NCBI RefSeq assembly: GCF_009914755.1
Contig: NC_060947.1
DNA from: the human T2T-CHM13v2.0 reference genome, Homo sapiens
Direction: 5' to 3' (one strand)
Length of the DNA stretch: 64,000 nucleotides
Shown here: positions 19,850 through 30,307 of the stretch, piece after piece
Position numbering within the stretch: the stretch's first letter is position 1
Layout: each line of letters begins with the position of its first letter
The notes under the pieces: generated by a model
The model's input: only the letters and a program-made list of their open reading frames with translations
Told to the model about the DNA's origin: nothing
Databases searched by the model: none
Program-made: the position numbers and the translations under genes

Positions 19850-21620
19850 CTTAAATGTGGCTCTGTTTTTATTCTGTCATGGCTAACTATTGTCTCAATG
19901 GCTTCACCCAGGCACCCACTCTAGCCAGTAATATATCAAGTTGCCAACATAACACAGTACTGACTACTGAATATGCCCACGCAGGCAGGCACTTGAGAAT
20001 GGTATTACACTCCTAGCAGTCCCACTATCTATAGATAACACACAAGCCCAATGATCTGGATTTGACCACACTATTTACATGCACATCAAAAACACAGGTT
20101 TAGGAGGGGGACCTAGGCCAACCAATCCCTCGTGACAATCATCCACTGCAACTGAACGGATTGGGAAGGCACCAGAGAATGGCCTGTAAGGCTCGCCTCT
20201 GCGTTAAAAACTCCAAGTAGTCTGGCCCTTTCCTAGGGGCTTTAACACAAGCCCAGTGAAATTCCACCCTCAACTATAGTCAAACACACCAGGAATGGGA
20301 GCCATACGATGCCTGTGATGAGTTCACTGTGTGCCCCCACAGATTTTCTCTATGGTGGGGAAAAGACAAAGTTAAGGCCAGCAACCTTTATAGTGATTCC
20401 TTTATGCCTATAAAGAGTTCAGCTAACAGGATGGAATATATAGGAATAGGGGTCAAAACTGGACAACTTCTTAACCTCACCAACATATCTACATCTTTTC
20501 CTCGATTTTCCCTTATCCCATTTATATTTACAAATCTTATCTCTCAGGCTCCACATCCACATAACACAACAGGTCAAACATTTCCCCCCTTATGCATGAA
20601 TGACTACTTTTTGGGTCATTGTCCATCCACGTTTGATCCCTGGGGACCATGGGATCCCTGGATTTATGCAAATTATACTGGAATCCAAACTAACCACACC
20701 TGTGCCTGGTTACGAGCTCCCTCCTCAGGAGTTTAACAGAAACTGGGTTCTTCTTTTCATGTGGACCCAACCTGTTTCTAGCCTTGCTTATTCAGTGGAA
20801 AGGCACGTGCACTATAGTTGCAGCCATACCTGGATTGCATATAAATATATATGTAATTTATATAAATATATTTGTGTGTATGTGTATATATATATACATA
20901 TATATATAACTCCTCAGACTTCATAACCTCTAGCCAAGTTCCAAATTTAGGATCCTTCCGAAATCAGGCCCTACAAAGGCCATTCGAAAAAAACAGAAAC
21001 GTGACTTAATCAACCTCCCATCATCTGGCATCCTCACCACTGAGAATCCGTGGTAGGCAGGAATGGTCTAGGACATTCTGTAGCCTGTGCAATCTTTTGG
21101 TTTGCAGGTATACCCATGCTTAAGTGTAGCATTCATAATCTCACCATCCTAGTCCGACAATCTTGAGAAGCTACAGTAACAGCCATTGAGGGCCAACAAC
21201 GGGCCCTAGATTCATTGGCAGGGGTTGTCTTGCAGGATCAAGGTGCTTTGGATGTGCTTACCACTGAGGCAGGAGGCACTTGCACACTGTTAAATGAAAC
21301 TTGTTGCTTTACATCAATACCTCAGGTAAAGTAGAAGAAAGTTTGGAAAAGATAAAAGAAAACATCAGGACAACAGAGGGCCTTCAAAAAGGAGTTCCTC
21401 AAGATTCCTCTTTTGCACAACTGTTTTAGAGATCCTACGGTTGGGTTGGGCCACGGGTTACCCCACTTCCCCTGCCTATAATAATGCTCATATTAGTTTG
21501 TTTATTTACAGCATGTATCGTTAATGTTATATATCTCATTTTGTGTCTTCTAGAATATAAAAATTTCAAACCAAAATGTTACTGCATCAAGGATGTCAGC
21601 CACTAAGAGAACTCTACAAC
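19850..21620 (+). pseudogene. Gamma-type env remnant
   Basis: WKGTC motif, basic cleavage site RKKQKR (~20985-21002), ISD-like LQDQGALDVLTTEAGGTC and CX6CC (21230-21307), followed by a frameshift. Confidence 0.85.
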
Positions 21621-23631
21621 ACTCCTTTGGACACAGCAGGACAAAATTTTAGGCTGCAAATGCTGTTCAGCCGTGGTCCCACAGCCACCCTGCCCAATTT
21701 AATTCCCAACTCAGGGACTCAGGTCCTCATAACCTCCTGACAGACTAACAATCCTAGGTAGGGCCAACTCTATGCCCCTGGTCAGCAATAAGCAGTTGGA
21801 AGATGAGACCTTCACCCACACACCAAAGATTTGTCATTGTTGCTCTGTCACAGGGGGAATGTGGAATCCTGTTTAGGGAAAAAGAGTCAGGATGGCAGCA
21901 CCAAGAGGAAGCAAAAAGAAAAAGCAGATAAGCTGTATGTCTGCCTTTCTTCATACTCCAAGAGACACGGCCCTCCTGAGCAAATAACTCACAATCTTCC
22001 TGTGTCCAGCTATCACCAGACCCTCAGCTAATAGAAAAGTGCAGATTGGCTCACTGCAACCTTGGGGTTTTCAGTACTGCACAAAGCCCTCTTCAGCACA
22101 CAGCACAAGCACCATGCTATAAAATCCCCAGCAAGCCTTCATCTCCTGGTAGTCAGCTCCTCTCTTGCTAACTTGCCCATTCATTGCACTCTTGCTATGT
22201 GTCTTCATCCTTTAATAAATCTGCTTTTCTTTACCTACAACCGTCTAGGTAAATTCTTCTTACCTGCGTACCACTGGCCCCAAATAGTCACTGCTCACCA
22301 TGGCAAGTAGGGCCATGCTTCTTCTGAAACCTATGAGGGAGTCCTTCCTTGCCCGTTTCTAGCTTCTGGGGGTTTGTCAGCAATCCTTGGTATTCTTTGG
22401 CTTTCAACTGCGTAACTTCAATCTCTGCCTTAGTCATTGTGTGGAATTATTTTTACATGGCCCTGTGTGTCTCTGTTTTCATGTGGCCATCTTCTTATAA
22501 GGACACCATTTGAAACTGTGATATCTTCTGAGGTACTTGGGGTTAGGATTTCAACATATGTTTTTAGAAGACCCAGAACAAAGCCTAAACAAAGTGAGGA
22601 GGGTCTCCTTGTACGTGGGCAGCCCAGGATGAGAAATCAGAGCTGCAGCGGGGTTGGGAGAGGGCATCCACACATGTGGGTGGCGTGGTGCAGGTGTGTT
22701 ATATCCTGGGCAATGTGAGCAAGGCATCTATGTAGGGGAAAGCCTGGGTAGGGGGGTCTGAGCCCAAGCAGGATGAGGAGAGCATCTGTGAAAAGTGCTC
22801 TGGGTTTTTGAGCCTGAACAGGGTGAGCAAGGTTGTGGTCTACATGGGGATGGGAAGTGGGGAGCCCCTATGGCTTATCAGAGCCTTAGTGGGGGTGAGG
22901 AAGGCATCCACGCAGGAAGGACAACCTAGCTTGGGGTGCTGGAGTCCACCTAATGGGAGGAGGGTGACTATGTGTGCGGATAGCCTGGTATGGGTTATTA
23001 GAGCTATCATAGGACGTTGTTGAAACAACTGGTAGAACTTAAGTGAAATCTGAAAACTCTGATGGATGAATTGTGGTTATGTAGGAAAATGTCCTAGCGC
23101 CCGTTAAATACTAAAGTATTTGAGGACTATGGGACATCAAATTGGCAACTAGAAAAAAAACTCTTTGAATTGTACCTGTAACTTTTCTGTAAGTTTTAAA
23201 ATACAAAATTATTAAAAACTCTGAAGCAAATATGGCAAAATGGTATAATTCCAGAGGCCTGGGTTGTATGTCCACAGGTGCTTATTATGCTATCACTTCC
23301 AGTTTTCTATCTGATTGCAACATTACAAAATAAAAATACTTCAAAATTAAAGGTTACGCATGTTTATTATTAAAAAAAAAAAGGTAAATCACTCATGAGT
23401 TTATTGCCCAAAGACACTATTAACGCTGGATATATTTTCTTTATGTCGAAAAAAGATAATTCTCAAGGTAAACAGATTTTGATGGTATAAGATTTTGAAG
23501 GGGGGATAATTTTCTTAAAGCTAAAATTAGATAGATCATTTTCCTTTTTTCACTTTTAGAGGAAATGTTAAAAATGCTCACGTTAGTCTTCTCGCCGCAG
23601 GCGCCTGTTCACGTGTAAGGCATTGCTGAAA

Positions 23632-23646
23632 TCACTAGAGGGCGCG
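23632..23646 (+). promoter_or_regulatory. Candidate CTCF site
   Basis: TCACTAGAGGGCGCG close to consensus CCACYAGRGGGCGC, within a small cluster of preserved CpGs. Confidence 0.65.
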
Positions 23647-23713
23647 CTCCTGTCAAAGCCCATACAAAGTTCTGAGAATGCTGTAACATGTTTTGAAACC
23701 TTAAAATAAATTC

Positions 23714-23966
23714 AGCTGGGTGCGGCGGCTCACGCCTGTACTCAATCCCAGCATTTTGGGAGGCTGAGGCAGGAGGATCGCTTGAGCCCAGGAGTTCGAG
23801 ATCAGCCAAGGCAACATAGCGAGACCCTGTCTCTATAAAAAATAAAAGAAATGAGCCAGGCTTGGTGGTACATGCCTGTGGTCCCAGCTGAGAGGCTGCA
23901 GTGAACTGTTATCATGCCACTGCACTCCAGTCTAGGTGACAGAGCGAGACCTTGTCTCAAAAAAAA
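23714..23966 (+). mobile_element. AluJ with right-arm deletion
   Basis: GGATCGCTTGAGCCCAGG; right arm jumps from CCCAGCT to GAGAGGCTGCAGTG. Confidence 0.85.
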
Positions 23967-24343
23967 CTTCAAAAAAGCTTTCATCCATCTTTTAAAATAT
24001 CAGCATTTTATCCAGGTCTTTTTTTTTTTAAATCTATCTTACATCTGCTTACTTTTAAAATCAGAAGATGTGGACTCTATTGTCTACATCATGACTGTTA
24101 AAATATTGGATTTTTCATTTATACCTAATTTTAAATTTTTGCCCTATGTAGTAGCATGAATCCTCTTGATGTTCCGTAGGTTCTTCCTACAATTTTCTCA
24201 CACTTCTGCGAGGCAGAATTGTCACAATTACCCTGCCAGTGGTCCTGTCCTAGATATATCACCCTTTCTTTGGAGTTGTGAGACCTGTTTTTATTTTTAT
24301 AAATTAGAAATAATCTGCTTCTTTCTAAGTTTGATGGTTTTCT

Positions 24344-24642
24344 TTTCTTCTTCTTCTTCTTTTTTTGACAGAGTCTCCCTCAGTCACCCAGGCTAGAGTG
24401 TAGTGGCATGGTCTCGGCTCACTGCCTCCTCCTCCCGAGTTCAAGCGATTCTCCCGCCTCAGCCTCCTGAGTAGCTGGCATTACAGGCACCCACCACCAC
24501 GCCCAGCTAATTTTTGTATTTTTAGTAGACACAGGGTTTCACCATGTTGGCCAGGCTGGTCTTGAACTCCTGACCTCAGTGATCCGCCCACCTCGACCTT
24601 CCAAATTGCTGGGATTGTAGGCATAAGCCACTGTGCCCAGCC
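24344..24642 (-). mobile_element. AluS
   Basis: 17-bp TSD AAGTTTGATGGTTTTCT at 24327-24343 and 24643-24659. Confidence 0.93.
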
Positions 24643-25129
24643 AAGTTTGATGGTTTTCTAAAAAAAAAAAAAAAAAGGTAATGGATAGTTTCCTTGCTTG
24701 AAAGCAAAATCAGTCCTCATATTGGGGTGTAGCGGGGGGAGTGTCAGGAGCTGGGTTTGTGTGAGAAGGTGTTTGGTGGTGGTAGTACTTGTTGGGGAAC
24801 TTTGGCCATGAAGCAAGCCCATTGCCAGACCCAAGATTGTGCCACTGCCCTGTTGTTATGATGACTACATCGTTGGGATACAGAGAGTGTCAGAGGTGAA
24901 AGACACCTGAAAGAAAAATGTCATGTTCTATCTGTGTTTGGTGAAATCCTAGGGTTCCACAAATGTTTCATCTGAATTTCCCTAAGAAGTTCTTGAGCCC
25001 AAACTTGTACTACAGGAAAATGTGTCCATTCAAATGCCAGGCTAGTTTATTTTTTTAGTAGGCCTCAAAATACTTTTGGTGTTTTGGTACTCAGTTTTAA
25101 ACTTCTTTTAAATTTTATCGATTAATAAT

Positions 25130-25330
25130 AATAATAGCTGATACCTATTGAGTGCTAACTATGTGGCAAGCACCTTGCATGCTCCATCTGATTTAATAGT
25201 GTGGTTCACAACGTTATTTTCCCATTTTATAGATGAGGGAACTGAGGCCCAGAAATCGTAAGTGATTTGATCACTTAATTTAGACCTATTGGACTCCAAG
25301 TCTTGTTTGCTTAGCCATTAAACACTTTGG
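25130..25330 (-). mobile_element. MIR
   Basis: CCCATTTTATAGATGAGGGAACTGAGGCCCAGA core. Confidence 0.8.
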
Positions 25331-25476
25331 CCTTCCCATATAGATAGTTCACAACACTGTGCTTCCCCCAACCCCTCAATTCGGACCTGTGGGCTTCTTT
25401 GTATGTGAAGTTGCATAATCAAGTAAGCTGGTCACCCTCAAAGCTAGGCAAGCCTCAGAGACTTTGCACTTGTCAC

Positions 25477-28000
25477 AACAGAGAACACAGTGCAAAGACC
25501 TGATGGAAGCATGTCTGGAGGAGCAGAAAAGTAGGCCAATGTCACTGAAGTAGAGTGAGTGAGGGGGAGAGTAATAGAAGAATGGACTGGATTAGGAACA
25601 GAGGACCAGCTTTTATAGGGACTTACAGGTCTTTGTAAGGCTTTTACTCGGAATGAAATGTGGAGCCATTGCAGGGTTTTGAACAGATGAGAGACATGAG
25701 CTGACTTAGAGGTTTAACAGGATCATTCCAGCTGCTGTGTTGAAACTAGACAGTGGGTGGTCAAGGGTAGAAACAAGGAAACAAGTTGGGAGGTATATTA
25801 TTTTCCCTTAGGAAACCCTAACAAAGTACCACAAACTAGGTGGCTTAAAATAACAGAAGCTGATTGTCTCAAAAATCTGGAAGCTAGAAATCTGAAACCA
25901 AGGTGTCATTGGGGCCATGGTTTCTCTGCGACTGCGTGGAATCCCTCTTTGCCTCTTCCTAGCTTCTGTCAGTGGCCATTGATCCTTGCCATTCCTTGGC
26001 TTTCGGCTGCAGCACTCCAATCTCTGCTTCTGTCATTGTATGGCTTTTTCCATGTGTGTCTCTGCCTTCACATGGCCATCTCCCTTCTGTGTCTCCCTCC
26101 TCTTCTTATAAGGACACCAGTCATATTGGATTAAGGGCCCACCCTACTCCAGTATGGCCTCATCTTAACTTATCTAATTACATCTGCAATGACACTATTT
26201 CCAAATAAGATTACATTCTAAGGTACTGGAGGTTAGCATCACGACATATATTTTTGGCGGGGACAGACTGTAACCCATAGCAGGAAGCTATTTCAGTAAT
26301 CTGGGCAAGAGATAAGGGGAGCTTGAACCAGGATGGCAGCAATAGTGGTAGTGAGAAGTGATCTGGTAATGAATATATGTGGAAGGTAGACCCAAAAGCC
26401 TTTGCTGATGAAATGGGAGTTGGCCCAAGAGAAAGAGAAGCAAAGATGACTCCAAGGTGTTTCAGCTTGAGGAACTGAAAGGATGAAGTTAGCAACAAGT
26501 GTGATGGTAAATGCAGAAAGACAGCAGATTTAGGAGAAAATCATGGTTTGGTTTTGGACAAATTAAATTTGAGATGCCTGTTAGTCATTCAAGAGGCAAT
26601 GTTCAGTAGGAAGTTAGTTATATGAGCCTGGAATTCAAGAAGGAGTTCAGAGCTAGAGACTCAAATTTGGGAGTGGTTTCTAAGGAGAATGAGAGCCCAC
26701 TTGTGATTTTAGGCATAAAGCTTAACACGAAGCTTACTCCAGCCAGGATCAGTTACTGGGATGCAGATGTAGACAAGACGAAAAGTTGGACTTAACCTTT
26801 GTTCCAGTTTTTCTAGGTAGGTGTGATGATGGGAGAGGGAATTGGGGAGCTGAGGATGGATGCCAAGGAGTGATGATAATAACGGACCGTAGAATCTAAG
26901 TGAAATAAACATGTAAGTGAAGATATGAGGGGGTGATAGAGGGTAAAAAGATGATTAACAGTGGGAGGGTTGTTAGAGTGGAGATATTAGAGGGAATTAG
27001 GAAGAGAGAGAAAAGAGTGGGGTGATTAAAATTGAGATTTTTTTCAGCAGAACATTGACTAAAAAGAAATTTTTTTAAAATAAAATTGAGATGTTGAAGG
27101 TCCTGCAGTAGTTTATGACGAGATCTAGGAAATAAGCCTGGATGTGGGTGACCAAGGATGGAAAGAGAGAACAAGATCTTTGGAGTGGAGGAGGTCAAGC
27201 AGCTGAGAGACCAGAGTGCTATATGGATTATTCACAATGTAGACAATGAATGTAGGTCTGCACAGACACATGCATGTATGTATGCAGACTCCACATAGAT
27301 ATTGAAATCACCAAGAAAGATGACAGGGGCAGTTGTGAAAAGACAGTGAACCACAAGCTCAAATCATCAATGAATAAGGGAGAGTGAACAGGAAGAGGGG
27401 AGATGATAACAACAAGGAGGTGTAGCAGGTAACACACTCTGAAACTTAGTCTTACAGCAAAGTGATTGAAAGAAGCTGGGGCAGGCAGTTTGGGGAAGGT
27501 CTACACACAGGAAGTGGTAAGGGGGAGCAAAGAGGACACCTGTTCCACCTCTGGGTCCAGTGGTACATAAAGTATGAGAAAAAAAATAGTCACCACTTGA
27601 GAGCGCTGTACAGGAAGCAATGTCTTCAGAGGGGAGCCGAGTTTTTGATAAACCCAAAAGTTCAAGGAAAATTTTGGAGAAGCTGAGAATGTAGGGAATT
27701 TTGCAGAGAGAAAGGTCAAAGGGTTTGGGAGGGTTGGGAAGGGGTGGTCGATTGAGTGAGATGAGGAGGTGCAGGAATTCATTTCCATGTGAGTGATCAT
27801 GGATGATCTAGATGGTTTGAACTTTTGTGATGACTGAAGTAAATAGGCATTTAGAGCACGATGAAACCTGATGATCTCTTGGCTGGGGAACAGATGGTTA
27901 GTTTTAAATGTAGCCTCTCCTTGGGACTGGTGTGTCCTGTAGTGCAGTGTGGTCTATAATGGGAATGATGGGGTGAGGTGGAGTTGTGGTCTCACTCTCA
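25477..28000 (-). mobile_element. Long L2 including the ORF2 endonuclease region, split by an MLT1C LTR
   Basis: Minus frames give SEDIASCTALSSGDYFFSHTLCTTGPRGGTGVL and VIFLGDFNIYVE, which are APE-type motifs. Confidence 0.75.
25794..26280 (-). mobile_element. MLT1C-type solo LTR
   Basis: Colinear with the LTR at 11426-11894. Confidence 0.85.
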
Positions 28001-28028
28001 CTAGGAGCAGGTGGAACACTGGGCTCCC

Positions 28029-28172
28029 TTTTTTTTTTTTTTTTTACTTTTTGTGGAGAATGGGGTCTCGCTATATTGCCCAGGCAGGTCTCAAACTCCT
28101 GGACTCAAGCTATCTTCCCACCTCTGCCTCTCTAAGAGCTGGGATTATAGGTGTGAGCCACCGCGCCTGGCC
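28029..28172 (-). pseudogene. BC200 (BCYRN1)-type retropseudogene
   Basis: The reverse complement has BC200 features CCCAGCTCT, GATAGCTTGAG and GACCTGCCTGGGCAATATAGCGAGACCCC..TTCTCCA, then AAAAAG and an A-tail. Confidence 0.8.
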
Positions 28173-28663
28173 CTTTGATGTTCTTAAGAGAGGCGTCAAG
28201 TCCAGAGGAGGCTTGATCTTACCAGGAGAGATTGTAACTCTCAGGGTCTCTCTTTTAATCCTATTGGGTCACTGTAATACTTCTCTTATTTCTTTTATTT
28301 TCATAGTCTGCTCATTACTTTAACATAGTACAATGATGTTTGTTTTTGTAAAACTGATACATGATCACTATGAAATATTCAAGTAATGGAGAAAACTATA
28401 ATGAAACTTAAAAAATCCTCCCCAAATACCCTCATTAACACTTGGTTAACATCATCTCAGACTTCTCTATGGATTTTTACACTTGTAACTATTTTACATG
28501 GTCTTGTGTTTCCTTTAAATAATATGAGTTATTGTTGTAAACAGTTTGAGTACTATAGATTTATTCTAATCCTCTCACTTTACAAATGAGGACATTGAGT
28601 TCTAGAGAAAGGAAAGTACCTGTCCAAAGACACTCATCCCGTCAGTTAGGCCCAGGTCTCTTT

Positions 28664-28983
28664 TTTGTTTTTTTTTTTCTTTTTCTTGAGTTGGAGTCTC
28701 GCTCTGTCGCCCAGGCTGGAGTGCAGTGGCATAATCTTTGGCTCACTGCAACCTCCACCTCCCGGGTTCAAGCAATTCTCCTGCCTCAGCCTTTTGAGTA
28801 GCTGGGATTACAGGCACCCGGCACCACACCCGGCTTATTTTTGTATTTTTGGTAGAGACGGGGTTTCACCATGTTGGCCAGGCTGGCCTTTTGGCCAGGC
28901 TGGTCTCAAACTCCTGATCTCGTGATCTGCCTGCTCAGGCTCCCAAAGTGCTGGGATTACAGGCGAGAGCCATGCTCCCAGCC
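28664..28983 (-). mobile_element. AluS with an internal duplication of TTGGCCAGGCTGG, inside a MIR
   Basis: 16-bp TSD AGGCCCAGGTCTCTTT at 28648 and 28984. Confidence 0.92.
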
Positions 28984-29909
28984 AGGCCCAGGTCTCTTTA
29001 CTTTCCAGTTCAGTGGGTCTCTTTAAGCCGTGCTCCTCTCTTCTTCTCTTACCTTCTACATAGCATGGTCCCTGATATTTCAACTCATAGATTTCTGCAT
29101 TCAGAGATCTCACTTTGCCTTTGGTTTTGAACACTTATTCATCTAGTCATTCAACAAACCTTTATTGGACATCTGCTATATGCCAGGCAAAAATGTTAGG
29201 CACTAGAGGTGTGGTGATGAGCAAAACAGACATGATCTCTCACCTCATGAAGCTTACATTCTACAGAATGCACAGAAAGTTTGTGCTTTACTTCCTAACT
29301 TTATCCATTCAGGCCAAGGCGCATATAACTATGCACTTGTTTATAACCCCAAGTCATTCGATGGTGATGGGAAAAGAAAAGAAAAATCGTTAGACTTAAA
29401 GTCATATCACTAGCACATGGGAGTACCAAATGAATACTTGATAGTCATAGATACTAACAAAATCCATGAGGTCTAGAATACTTTTCTGTAACTATAGTTT
29501 CAAGCATTAATTTAAAAGTTTAATTTAAAAATGCCATAGTGTTACGTATAACAAAAATGCCCAAAACACAACATTTAAAATTTTAAAATATATATGATCT
29601 ATAAGGATGCAAAAGTCCTTCTCTCTAATTGTACCTTCCAGAGGTAGCACTTCTAAACCCTCTGATGTGTGTCCTCATCAACTTTTCTCTATGCTTACAT
29701 AGATTTTATTTTTTAATAATAACAGGATTGCGTAATTGTTGCCAAATTCAAACAATGCAGACAGACTTACACTGTATTAAAAGTGAAAATTTCTCATATA
29801 CTCACCCCCAATCTCAGTCCTCATGGGTGACTATTAACATATTGATGCATATTTGATGTGAATATTTTCAAATCTTTTTCTATGTATTTACATAGAAACA
29901 CATGCATGA

Positions 29910-29944
29910 ACACACACACATACACACACACACACACACACACA
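29910..29944 (+). repeat. (CA)n
   Basis: Direct. Confidence 0.9.
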
Positions 29945-29978
29945 AGCAAACAGGGCTGTTTACATTTTTTGTTTTAAG

Positions 29979-30307
29979 GCAGCAGTAGTCGGAAATTTAA
30001 AGTTCAGAAGTCGAGGGCACATTCCTGTGTTTTTCATTTTCGACAAGTAGAACAATGCAGCCATATGCCGGTCCCTCTCTGGAGTTAGTACCCAATGCTT
30101 GGAATGTGAGCAGATGCTGAAGGCTATTAATGAAGTCCTTGAAGGGAGGCCCATTCATGTATGTTGTAGACACAAGGCCAAAGTTGAATGTGGTGGCCAA
30201 CTGAGCAGCTGGTAAGGGACTAGGAAAGCGAGGAATGCACCAATGCTGGTTGCGAGTTGATGGACCATGGGAACCACATCATCTGGAGGAGTGTCCTGCC
30301 ATTGCTG
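29979..30307 (+). pseudogene. Processed pseudogene fragment of an MTMR6/7/8 myotubularin (closest to MTMR8 by recollection)
   Basis: AAVVGNLKFRSRGHIPVFFIFDK*NNAAICRSLSGVSTQCLECEQMLKAINEVLEGRP[+1]FMYVVDTRPKLNVVAN*AAGKG. Matches the family motif YVVDTRPKLNAMANRAAGKG. Confidence 0.85.

Larger units (their letters stand above)
16786..22305 (+). mobile_element. ERV1-class non-autonomous provirus (LTR23/MER66-like by recollection): 5'LTR 16786-17540, 3'LTR 21860-22305
   Basis: TG...CA LTR pair, PBS, gag and env remnants, PPT ACAGGGGGAA 21850-21859, no recognisable pol. Confidence 0.88.
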
